64,000 nucleotides of DNA. It comes from Clostridia bacterium. Lineage in GTDB: Bacteria; Bacillota; Clostridia; Oscillospirales; CAG-382. Below, in pieces: positions 50,559 through 59,274 of the stretch (positions are counted from its first letter, which is position 1; every line of letters starts with the position of its first letter). The DNA lies in the NCBI GenBank assembly GCA_017625615.1, contig JAGAKP010000014.1, positions 10,326 to 74,325 of the forward strand. The letters are read 5' to 3'. Under the pieces are notes generated by a model that was not told the DNA's origin, searched no databases, and saw only the letters and a program-made list of their open reading frames with translations. A program made the translations under genes and the position numbers.

Positions 50559-51374
50559 TTATTCTGAAATTTGGACGGAAGCGTCGCTCTCTTCCGCAAT
50601 GGGCTCGGATATTTCCGAGGAAACGTCGGAAACCTCGTCCTCCGTTTTTACGATACCGCCGGAAAGAGTGGCGTTATCGCACTTTTCAAAGGCGTTTGCC
50701 GAATACACGGTATGGGCGGGAATGGTTACCGACTGAAGAGTTCCGCAGTTGTAAAATGCGTAATCGTCAACGGTGAGTACGCTTTCGGGCAGAGCGATCT
50801 CGGTAAGTGAAGTACACCACGAGAAGGCGCGTACGCCGATATCCGTGATCTTATCGTTCCACACTATCTCCGAAAGAGATGTGCAGTTGTTGAAGGCAAG
50901 ACGGGGAATGACCGTCATTCCCGCGGGGATGGTTATGGTCTCAAGGGAGGTGCACCACGAGAACAGTCTCTCGCCGTAAGAAGTACAGGAATCGGGAAGC
51001 TTTACTCTGCGGAGTGACGTGCAGTAGTAAAATGCGGTGTTCTCGATAGCCTCCACTCCCTCGGGAATTACCAGCGTTTCTACCGAATAATCGCGGTAAA
51101 AGCAAAGGGTGCCGATAACCTTTACGGGCTTGCCGTCTATTTCGGAGGGGACGACCACGTCCTTTTCCTCGCCCTTATATTCGATTATCTCTATATACTT
51201 TTTAAAAACGTCGTATACGTACAGATCGTTTTCCTTGGTCTCTATATATCCCGCAGGCTTTTCCTCGGTGTCCTGACCGAGATAGCCCTTGATGGTATCA
51301 ACGAATCCACCGCTGCAGGAGCAAAGGGTGACGCAAAGCAAAACGACGGTTAAAAGAGCTGTCAGCTTTTTCAT
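50559..51374 (-). CDS. BspA-type leucine-rich-repeat surface lipoprotein
   Basis: Lipoprotein signal LCSC; repeats of AFxxCTSLxxIxIP. Confidence 0.9.
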   Translation of the reverse strand: MKKLTALLTVVLLCVTLCSCSGGFVDTIKGYLGQDTEEKPAGYIETKENDLYVYDVFKKYIEIIEYKGEEKDVVVPSEIDGKPVKVIGTLCFYRDYSVETLVIPEGVEAIENTAFYYCTSLRRVKLPDSCTSYGERLFSWCTSLETITIPAGMTVIPRLAFNNCTSLSEIVWNDKITDIGVRAFSWCTSLTEIALPESVLTVDDYAFYNCGTLQSVTIPAHTVYSANAFEKCDNATLSGGIVKTEDEVSDVSSEISEPIAEESDASVQISE

Positions 51375-51427
51375 TTATTCCTCCCTGTTTGATCAAAAGA
51401 CGTTTCGGACACAAATTATCACGGTAC

Positions 51428-51490
51428 ATTATATCACCGCAAAATTAATTTGTCAATTATATTGACAAGCATACGTAAATTTATTAAAAT
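51428..51490. promoter_or_regulatory. Back-to-back divergent sigma-A promoters (LRR/alaS operon and AGE gene)
   Basis: Minus strand: TTGACA(51456-51451)-17-TATAAT. Plus strand: TTGACA(51462)-17-TAAAAT. Confidence 0.8.
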
Positions 51491-51539
51491 ATATATAACT
51501 ACAAAATCCCCCGCAAAAATAAAATGAGGTGTAATTGAT

Positions 51540-52760
51540 ATGAAAAAGGAAACCTTTGCAAGCTACCGTCAGTTTTATCACGACCAGCTTATGAACGACT
51601 GTATCCCCTTCTGGACAAACAGCGACCTTCTCGATAAAGAGAACGGCGGTTATATTACCAGTGTTGACAAAGAAGGAAAAAGCTATAACAACGATAAATC
51701 CGTATGGTTCCAGGGCAGATGTCTTTGGACCTTCTCCGCTTTGATGAACCGCTACGGCGAAGATCCCCTCTGGCGCGAATACGCAGAGGCAGGCGTAGAT
51801 TTTCTTAACGAAAAGTGCGTTGATAAGGACGGCAGAATGTACTTCACCGTTACTCAGGACGGTAAGCCTCTCAGAAAGCGCCGCTATATGTTTTCCGAAA
51901 GCTTTTACGTGATCTCTATGGCAGAATACGGCCTTGCTACCGGAAACAAGGAAGCTATAAAGAAGGCTGAGGAATGCTTTGAGCTTATGCTCAGCATTTA
52001 TCACGATGCAAAGAGCGATCCCTTCAAGATAACTCCCAAAACCTATGCCGAAACCCGTGCAGACCGCGCTTCCGCAGTGCCTATGGTATTGGTTTCCTCC
52101 GCTCAGGTGCTTCGCCGCTGTGATCCCGAAAAGGCGGATTACTACACCGCAGTAGCACAGGAAATGGTTGATGCTATCATTAATTATCACTACAAGCCCG
52201 AGTACAAGTGCGTGCTTGAATGCGTCGGTCCCAACGGTGAATTTATAGATAACCCCGCAGGCAGATGCATAAACCCCGGCCACTCTATGGAAAACAGCTG
52301 GTTTTTGATGAATCAGGCAGTTTACACCGGTGACAAAGAGCTTCTCAAGAAGGCGCTTACTATTCTTGATTGGCACCTTGAATGGGGCTGGGACAAGCAG
52401 TACGGCGGATTTATATACTTTACCGACGTAAAGGGAAGACCCTGCGAGCAGCTTGAGTGGGATATGAAGCTTTGGTGGGTACACAACGAAGCACTTATCG
52501 CAACTCTGCTTGCATATAAGCTTACCGGCGACAAGAAGTATTGGGATTGGTTTGAAAAGGTACACGTTTGGGCGTTCGGTCACTTCGCTGACAAGGAAAA
52601 CGGCGAATGGTACGGATACCTCCACAAGGACGGCACCGTTTCCCACACCCAGAAGGGTTCTATGTGGAAGGGCCCCTTCCATCATCCCAGATGTCTGATG
52701 AACTGCGAGATGATTTTGAGCTGGCTCGAAAACGACACCGAACCCACCTCACTTCTTTAA
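51540..52760 (+). CDS. N-acylglucosamine 2-epimerase (AGE family)
   Basis: DKSVWFQGR, NPGHSME, DMKLWWVHNE, GEWYGYL, WKGPFHHPR. Confidence 0.92.
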   Translation: MKKETFASYRQFYHDQLMNDCIPFWTNSDLLDKENGGYITSVDKEGKSYNNDKSVWFQGRCLWTFSALMNRYGEDPLWREYAEAGVDFLNEKCVDKDGRMYFTVTQDGKPLRKRRYMFSESFYVISMAEYGLATGNKEAIKKAEECFELMLSIYHDAKSDPFKITPKTYAETRADRASAVPMVLVSSAQVLRRCDPEKADYYTAVAQEMVDAIINYHYKPEYKCVLECVGPNGEFIDNPAGRCINPGHSMENSWFLMNQAVYTGDKELLKKALTILDWHLEWGWDKQYGGFIYFTDVKGRPCEQLEWDMKLWWVHNEALIATLLAYKLTGDKKYWDWFEKVHVWAFGHFADKENGEWYGYLHKDGTVSHTQKGSMWKGPFHHPRCLMNCEMILSWLENDTEPTSLL

Positions 52761-52771
52761 TATAGTATTTT

Positions 52772-52810
52772 CAAAAGGGCAGAACGGCATAATTCTGCCC
52801 TTTTGCTTAT
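52772..52810 (+). terminator. Intrinsic terminator after the AGE gene
   Basis: CAAAAGGGCAGAA/TTCTGCCCTTTTG. Confidence 0.8.
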
Positions 52811-52833
52811 TTTTAAAAAAATTTTTATTTACT

Positions 52834-52861
52834 TGTAACCTTTTTCCTTTTTGCAAAGTAT
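52834..52861 (+). promoter_or_regulatory. Candidate ECF-sigma autoregulatory promoter
   Basis: TGTAAC-N17-AGTA, resembling SigX/SigW/SigV-type AAC..(C)GTA promoters, just upstream of the ECF gene. Confidence 0.45.
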
Positions 52862-52892
52862 TGTAAGTGAAACCACCTAAAAGGAGCCCATT

Positions 52893-53375
52893 ATGGAACG
52901 AGCATTGCGTACGAATGCCGCCATAGAGAATATTCTTGAAAAGTATGCGGACACTGTGTACCGTATTGCCTTCGCGCGGACGAAAAACGCCCACGATGCG
53001 GAGGATATTATGCAAGAGGTATTTATGCGCTTTATTAAGCGTGCGCCCGTTTTTGAAAGCGAGGAGCACGAAAAGGCGTGGTTCATTCGGGTGGCGGTAA
53101 ACTGCTCCAAATCACTGCTCGCCTCTCCTTGGAGAAACCGCGTTACCGGGGATCAGGGCGACACTCCCTTTTTCGACAAGGAAAAAAGCGAGGTGTGGTA
53201 CGCCGTAGCTTCCCTGCCCGAAAAAACGAGAGTGGTAATACATTTATATTATTACGAGGATATGTCCGTTGCGGAAATAGCATCGGCTACGGGCAAGAGC
53301 CAATCCGCCGTAAAGACTACCCTCCACAGAGGGCGGCAAAGGCTGAAAGAAATACTTACAAACGAGGAGTTTTGA
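52893..53375 (+). CDS. ECF RNA polymerase sigma factor (SigV-like)
   Basis: YADTVYRIA, DAEDIMQEVF, EHEKAWFIRVAVN, LYYYEDMSVAEIA..VKTTLHRGR. Confidence 0.93.
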   Translation: MERALRTNAAIENILEKYADTVYRIAFARTKNAHDAEDIMQEVFMRFIKRAPVFESEEHEKAWFIRVAVNCSKSLLASPWRNRVTGDQGDTPFFDKEKSEVWYAVASLPEKTRVVIHLYYYEDMSVAEIASATGKSQSAVKTTLHRGRQRLKEILTNEEF

Positions 53376-53381
53376 TCTAAA

Positions 53382-55358
53382 ATGTTTGGTGACAAATACA
53401 AAAAGGATATGAACAACGTAAAAGCGCCCGAGGATGCGGTTGCGCGCATTTCGGACAAAATGAAAGCAGGCAAGCCGAAAAGGACGGTCCTTACGAGATA
53501 TATCGCCTTGGCGGCGGCTTGTATAATTGCGGTGGCGGGTATAGCGGTAGCCATTCCCAATGCGGAAAATATCGGCAACGGTATAAGCGCTCTGCTCGGC
53601 GGTGCGAATTTTCTTGAAATATTCGCTCCCGAAGAGCCTGCTCCCGAGGGAACAGAGGGCTTTAAGACCTATAACCAGCTGTGCGCCGCAATAACCGACA
53701 GAGTCAATACCTATAAAGAAGACAATTACTACTATGAATGGAACCTGGGCATTGGCGGCATCATCGACGAAGGTGTGGTGGAGGAAGACGTCCCGACATC
53801 CGATGAACTTAAAGGTGAAGACATACTTGAATCGGAACCGGAAACCGCGCCCGACCGCGAAGAAAACAAGGATTTTTCCGATACCAATAATCAGGTAGCG
53901 GGCGTTCAGGAAGCGGACGTTATAAAGACGGATGGAAAATTCATTTACACGATAATGAAAAACGTGCTAAGCGTGTTTTCCGCTGACGAGGGAGAGGTTT
54001 CCCTCGCCTGTAAGATAATTCTTGAGCACGAATGCAGAGATATGATGCTTATCGGCAACCGTCTGGTGATAATAAGCAAGAATATTAACGATACACCCCA
54101 TTACACCGACACGGACTGGAACACGGTTACCAAGGTATACACCTACGAAATTGACGAAAAGGGAAAAGCTTCTTTGGCTGACGAATTCGTGCAGTCGGGC
54201 TACTATATCTCCAGCCGTATGGTGGACGGCAAGCTTATTCTGGTAACCAACCATATTCCCGAATATACAAGACATTTTTATGAAAAGGATTATGAGGTAA
54301 CTAGGGACGACGTGCTCGATAACCTTCCTCGGACAAACGGCAATGATCTTCCTGCCGACTGCATAATAGTGCCCGATGATATTATTTCCGCGACCTTTCT
54401 GGTAGCCTCCGTCTACGACGGAAAAAGCGGAGAAAGCAAATCCACCGCCATTATGGGCGCGGGAACGGATATTTACGCCGATGCGGACACTCTTTACGTA
54501 TACTGCACCAAATATAAGGAAGACGGAAGACACACCCTTATAAACCGCTTTTACGCAAAGAACGGCGATATTTACCACACGGGAAGCGTACTTCTTGCGG
54601 GACGGTACAACAACCAGTATTCCTTTGACGAATACAACGGAAACCTCCGCGTGGCGTTGACGAGAAACAACGACAACGTGCTTTACGTTCTTGACGAAAA
54701 GCTTGATATTATCGGCGAGATCGGCGGAATGGGAATAAACGAGAGCATTAAATCCGTGCGGTTCAGCGGCGACCTTGCGTACGTGGTGACCTTCAGACAG
54801 ACCGATCCTCTTTACGCCATTGATATTTCCGACCCCGCAAATCCCGTAATACTTTCCGAGCTTAAGATCCCCGGCTTTTCCACCTATATGCAAAGCTACG
54901 GCGAAAACAAAATGTTCGGCTTCGGCAACGATGCGGACATAGAAACGGGTTGGACTCAGGGAATAAAGCTGAGTATGTTCGATACCACGGACCCCAACGA
55001 CGTGAAGGAGGAAGCGACCCTGCTTCTGGGTGAAAACACCTATTTTGCTGAAAACGTGCTTAAGGCAGTCTCCGTACAGTACGATAAAGGAATTGTAATG
55101 TTCCCCTACATCGATTACGTCAACACGGAGTACGGAAGATTCTCGGAGATCCGTGTATTTGCCCTTTACACCTACACCGAAAACGGGTTTACACTGTTGG
55201 GCAAGGACGTTGTCCCCTACGATCACAACGTCGCCAACGTGAGAGGAATTTATATCGGCGACTATATCTACGTGATCACACTTTTCTATGACGGAAACGC
55301 AACGGTAAACTCCTACACCATAAACGATCTTACCCCCGTGGATGCTTGTAAAAACTAA
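53382..55358 (+). CDS. Membrane-anchored beta-propeller protein (Beta_propel family), putative anti-sigma factor
   Basis: Short basic cytoplasmic N-terminus plus TM (YIALAAAC); FSDTNNQVAGVQEADVIKTDG, YVVTFRQTDPLYAID, ELKIPGFSTYM motifs. Confidence 0.82.
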   Translation: MFGDKYKKDMNNVKAPEDAVARISDKMKAGKPKRTVLTRYIALAAACIIAVAGIAVAIPNAENIGNGISALLGGANFLEIFAPEEPAPEGTEGFKTYNQLCAAITDRVNTYKEDNYYYEWNLGIGGIIDEGVVEEDVPTSDELKGEDILESEPETAPDREENKDFSDTNNQVAGVQEADVIKTDGKFIYTIMKNVLSVFSADEGEVSLACKIILEHECRDMMLIGNRLVIISKNINDTPHYTDTDWNTVTKVYTYEIDEKGKASLADEFVQSGYYISSRMVDGKLILVTNHIPEYTRHFYEKDYEVTRDDVLDNLPRTNGNDLPADCIIVPDDIISATFLVASVYDGKSGESKSTAIMGAGTDIYADADTLYVYCTKYKEDGRHTLINRFYAKNGDIYHTGSVLLAGRYNNQYSFDEYNGNLRVALTRNNDNVLYVLDEKLDIIGEIGGMGINESIKSVRFSGDLAYVVTFRQTDPLYAIDISDPANPVILSELKIPGFSTYMQSYGENKMFGFGNDADIETGWTQGIKLSMFDTTDPNDVKEEATLLLGENTYFAENVLKAVSVQYDKGIVMFPYIDYVNTEYGRFSEIRVFALYTYTENGFTLLGKDVVPYDHNVANVRGIYIGDYIYVITLFYDGNATVNSYTINDLTPVDACKN

Positions 55359-55395
55359 AATGATCCCGATACCGTAAAAAGGAGCGTGAGAATAT

Positions 55396-57318
55396 ATGAA
55401 AAAGCGTATAACCGTTTTCATTGCGGTGCTTCTGTGCCTCTGTATGGTGGCGTGCGGAGAAAAGATCCCCGCCCCGCAGGAAAGCGATGACCGCAGCGAG
55501 GCGTCCGCAGACGTATCCCTGCCCGATACGGACGTATCCGAAGAAATAAGCGATACGGAAGATGACGGATATTCTTCGGATACCGTGCTGGTCTTGCCCG
55601 AGGACGGGCCTTGCGCCGACGCGGCGGAATACGACGGAGTGAAGAATAAAATATCCGAAGTGTTCACGAAAAATCAGGTGCGCGATGAAGAACTTTTGAT
55701 ATGGGCGGACGCTGTGGTGGGCTGGGAGCCCTCACCCCTTTATTCGCCTATGGGCAACGCTTATTACAATACCGGCAACGCTGCGCTGAATACCGGCGAC
55801 GTAATTAAAAACGATGAAAATTTCATATATTGTCTTTCCTTTGGAGAGCTGACAATTTTCTCTGCGGAAAACGGAAAAGCGGAACAGGTATCCTTAACCC
55901 ATTTGCCCGAACAGCTTTTGGGAATTGAAATGCTGCTGTATCAAAACCGAGTTATAATAATTTGCGCAAACCAAGATCCCTACCGCGATTATGCGGTCAC
56001 CGAACTTTCGGAAAGCGGACGCGGTGCGGTTACGTGCGTATTCGTTATAGAGGTATCCGAAAGCGGAAAGACAAAGCAGACGGATTTTTACGTTCAGTCG
56101 GGCTATTTTGTTTCCTGCCATACCGTAGGTGACGAAATGGTTTTGCTTACAAGCCGTTACACCCGTCTTGCGGATAAGTTTTATGGCGACAACGCGCTGT
56201 CCGACGAGGAGTTTATGAGCGAGCTTCCCGTGGCAGGAAAGCACCTTAACGCCACCGTGCCTGCAGAAAACATTGAAATTCCCGATGATACGGGACTTTC
56301 TACCCTCACAATAACATCCAAAACAAATCTGCAAAGCGGTAAGATGAACGCTTACTGCAAAATGATAAACGATTACGACTTTTTTATAACCGAGGATTCT
56401 ATCTACGTGTTCGACCAATCCGTTCATTGGTATGGCAATGACGGCAGAGCCCACTTGGAGATAGAAAGATACGATATTACGGGAGATAAACCCGTGTATA
56501 TCGGAAAAACGAGCGTACACGGTTGGATGCATCTATTGGCTGTAAGTGAATACGACGGTTATCTGCGCATCCCCACCGATGAGGATTACGGCGCAGGTCT
56601 GGTAATACTGGACAAGGAATTGAATATCGTTTCCGAATTGTACGGAATCGGCGGAAACCAAAAGGAACCGCACCCCCACGACGCGGCGACCTATAAAAAT
56701 ATTGCCGTGTTCGGACGGGGCACAACGTGGTACGTAGTGGACGTATCAGACCCCGCCGCGCCGAAGGTGATGAACGGTATTGACGGAGCGAATCAAAATT
56801 ACGACAAGGCGTTTTTGAACGAAAGCACCCTTCTTACCGCTGTTTTCCACCGCGATGACGGGCAGAAATACAACGGTATAAAGCTTGAAATCTACGATAT
56901 TTCCGACGAAAAGAATATAGTAAAAACGGGAGAGGTGCTGCTTGAAAACAATTCCCGCGAATTGCAGTACAGATTGTCTCCGTGGTCGTATCGGCAGTCT
57001 GTTTCCGCGGTGTCGGAAAAGGAATTTACGGTAGTGCCGTACACTATCGAATATTGGGACGATGCTACTTACGTAAGGAATTATATGCTCGCTTTGTTTT
57101 CCACAGAGGACGGACTGACACTCGTATCCAAGCAAGAGATAGAGCGCGTGATAACAGAAGGCACAAAGACATCAAGATGGCAAGCGATGTATATTGACGG
57201 CACCGTTTATTTCGTCAATATGGCGCTCGGAACCAAGGAAACGGATATTACCGCAATAAACATATATACCTTTAATTCAACAGACCTTACCCCCACGGGA
57301 CGGTACACCAACGAATAA
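55396..57318 (+). CDS. Lipoprotein, divergent paralogue of the beta-propeller protein
   Basis: Lipobox MVAC; GDVIKNDENFIY, YVQSGYFVS, EYDGYLRI, DVSDPAAP and GIKLEIYD align by eye with the upstream gene. Confidence 0.75.
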   Translation: MKKRITVFIAVLLCLCMVACGEKIPAPQESDDRSEASADVSLPDTDVSEEISDTEDDGYSSDTVLVLPEDGPCADAAEYDGVKNKISEVFTKNQVRDEELLIWADAVVGWEPSPLYSPMGNAYYNTGNAALNTGDVIKNDENFIYCLSFGELTIFSAENGKAEQVSLTHLPEQLLGIEMLLYQNRVIIICANQDPYRDYAVTELSESGRGAVTCVFVIEVSESGKTKQTDFYVQSGYFVSCHTVGDEMVLLTSRYTRLADKFYGDNALSDEEFMSELPVAGKHLNATVPAENIEIPDDTGLSTLTITSKTNLQSGKMNAYCKMINDYDFFITEDSIYVFDQSVHWYGNDGRAHLEIERYDITGDKPVYIGKTSVHGWMHLLAVSEYDGYLRIPTDEDYGAGLVILDKELNIVSELYGIGGNQKEPHPHDAATYKNIAVFGRGTTWYVVDVSDPAAPKVMNGIDGANQNYDKAFLNESTLLTAVFHRDDGQKYNGIKLEIYDISDEKNIVKTGEVLLENNSRELQYRLSPWSYRQSVSAVSEKEFTVVPYTIEYWDDATYVRNYMLALFSTEDGLTLVSKQEIERVITEGTKTSRWQAMYIDGTVYFVNMALGTKETDITAINIYTFNSTDLTPTGRYTNE

Positions 57319-57336
57319 ACACACAAAAAACTTTAC

Positions 57337-57365
57337 AAAAAACGGGTGAAAAGCCCGTTTTTTTG
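57337..57365 (+). terminator. Intrinsic terminator
   Basis: AAAAAACGGG/CCCGTTTTTTT. Confidence 0.7.
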
Positions 57366-57410
57366 TTAATTTGGTATTGATTTTTACGAAAAAGTGTGAT
57401 AATATACTTT

Positions 57411-57533
57411 GGAATGCGGTGACGACGCATTAAAAAAATACACACACTGTGCGTTCTGCCCAAGGGTCGGCAAAAGCCGCGGGTAAAAATTCAAGCGTAC
57501 GGTGGCGGGGAAACCCGAAAGGAGAAATGAAAA
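57411..57533 (+). promoter_or_regulatory. rpsB (S2) 5' leader RNA
   Basis: ACACACAC motif, long stem CACTGTGCGTT/AGCGTACGGTG and internal hairpin CGGC-AAAA-GCCG, as in rpsB leaders. Confidence 0.7.
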
Positions 57534-58271
57534 ATGTCAGTAATCAGCATGAAACAACTGCTCGAAGCAGGCGTTCACTTCGGTCACCAGACCAGAAGAT
57601 GGAACCCCAAGATGGCGGAGTACATCTTTACCGAAAGAAACGGCATCTACATCATCGACCTTCAGAAGACCGTTAAAAAGGTTGAAGAAGCTTACATGTT
57701 CGTTCGCGACGCATCCCTCGAAGGCGGCAACGTTCTCTTCGTAGGTACCAAGAAGCAGGCTCAGGACGCTATCAAGGAAGAAGCTCTCCGTGCAGGCATG
57801 TACTACGTAAACGTTCGTTGGCTCGGTGGTATGCTCACCAACTTCAAGACCATTAAGAGAAGTATCCAGAAGCTGAACAACCTCACCAAGATGTCCGAGG
57901 ACGGCACCTTCGACCTCCTTCCCAAGAAGGAAGTTGCAGCTCTCCAGAAGGAAATGGCTGACCTTGAGCGTAACCTCGGCGGTATCAAGGATATGAAGGG
58001 TCTTCCCGCAGTTATGTTCGTAGTAGACCCCAAGAAGGAAGCAAACGCTGTTGCAGAAGCACGTAAGTTGGGAATCCCCGTAGTTGCTATCGTTGATACC
58101 AACTGCGACCCCGATTGCATCGATTACGTTATCCCCGGCAACGACGACGCTATCCGCGCTATCAAGCTTATCGCTTCCGTTATGGCAGACGCAGTTCTCG
58201 AAGGCAAGCAGGGTGAGCAGTTCACCGACGCTACCGAGGGCGAAACCGAAGCAGAAGTTAAGGAGGACTAA
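57534..58271 (+). CDS. rpsB: 30S ribosomal protein S2
   Basis: [28 protein letters not shown]. Confidence 0.99.
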   Translation: MSVISMKQLLEAGVHFGHQTRRWNPKMAEYIFTERNGIYIIDLQKTVKKVEEAYMFVRDASLEGGNVLFVGTKKQAQDAIKEEALRAGMYYVNVRWLGGMLTNFKTIKRSIQKLNNLTKMSEDGTFDLLPKKEVAALQKEMADLERNLGGIKDMKGLPAVMFVVDPKKEANAVAEARKLGIPVVAIVDTNCDPDCIDYVIPGNDDAIRAIKLIASVMADAVLEGKQGEQFTDATEGETEAEVKED

Positions 58272-58276
58272 TCAAA

Positions 58277-59203
58277 ATGGCAGATATTTCCGCAAAAGTT
58301 GTTATGGAGCTTCGTAAAAAGACCGGTTGCGGCATGATGGAGTGCAAAAAGGCACTGGTTACCGCTAACGGCGATTTTGATGAGGCTATAAAGATCCTTC
58401 GCGAGAAGGGACTTGCTGTTGCCGCTAAGAAGGCAGACAGAATTGCTGCAGACGGTATCGTTGACGTTTACACCGCTGACGGCTGCACCGCTATTATCGA
58501 GGTTAACACCGAAACCGACTTCGTTGCAAAGAACGCTTCCTTTAAGGAATTCGTACACGGCATTCTCGTTACTATCGTAGAGAATAAGCCCGCTGACGTT
58601 GCAGCTCTTCTCGCAACCAAGTTCGCAGGCAAGGAAACCACCGTTGAAGACGAACTCAAGCAGGAAATCTTCACTATCGGCGAAAATATGTCTATCAGAC
58701 GTTTCGAGGTAGTTGAGGGCGTTACCGGCACTTACATTCACGGCGGCGGAAGCGCAGGCGTTGTTGCTAAGTTCGAGGTTGAAGGCGGTATCGAAAATAC
58801 CGACGCATTCGCTGAATATGCAAAGAACGTATGTATGCAGATCGCAGCTATGAACCCCCTCTACGTTTGCAAGTGCAACGTTCCCGAGAGTGTAATTCAG
58901 GCTGAAAAGGATATCCTTCTTGCTCAGATCAAGAACGATCCCAAGCTTGCTAACAAGCCCGAGCAGATCATCGAAAAGATGGTTACCGGCAGAATTGAAA
59001 AGTACTACGACACCAACTGTCTCGTTCACCAGCAGTACGTTAAGGAAGAGAATATGACCGTTAAGCAGTACACCGAGAACACCGCAAAGGAACTCGGCGG
59101 CTCTATCAAGGTCGTTTCCTTCGTTAAGTACGAAAAGGGCGAAGGCATTGAAAAGAGAGAAGACGATTTCGCTTCCGAAATCGAAAAGCTCGTTAAGGGT
59201 TAA
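58277..59203 (+). CDS. tsf: Elongation factor Ts
   Basis: ELRKKTGCGMMECKKAL, EVNTETDFVAKN. Confidence 0.98.
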   Translation: MADISAKVVMELRKKTGCGMMECKKALVTANGDFDEAIKILREKGLAVAAKKADRIAADGIVDVYTADGCTAIIEVNTETDFVAKNASFKEFVHGILVTIVENKPADVAALLATKFAGKETTVEDELKQEIFTIGENMSIRRFEVVEGVTGTYIHGGGSAGVVAKFEVEGGIENTDAFAEYAKNVCMQIAAMNPLYVCKCNVPESVIQAEKDILLAQIKNDPKLANKPEQIIEKMVTGRIEKYYDTNCLVHQQYVKEENMTVKQYTENTAKELGGSIKVVSFVKYEKGEGIEKREDDFASEIEKLVKG

Positions 59204-59214
59204 TGTATAAAACT

Positions 59215-59252
59215 TGGCGCCCCTGGCTTAAAAAGGGGCGTCAGTCTTTTTT
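59215..59252 (+). terminator. Terminator after tsf
   Basis: TGGCGCCCCT/AGGGGCGTCA followed by GTCTTTTTT. Confidence 0.75.
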
Positions 59253-59274
59253 GTTAACAAAAGTGAGGTATATT

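Noticed and set aside
53967-55667. 566-aa minus-strand ORF over the beta-propeller genes
   Set aside because: Antisense shadow crossing a gene boundary; composition is not protein-family-like.
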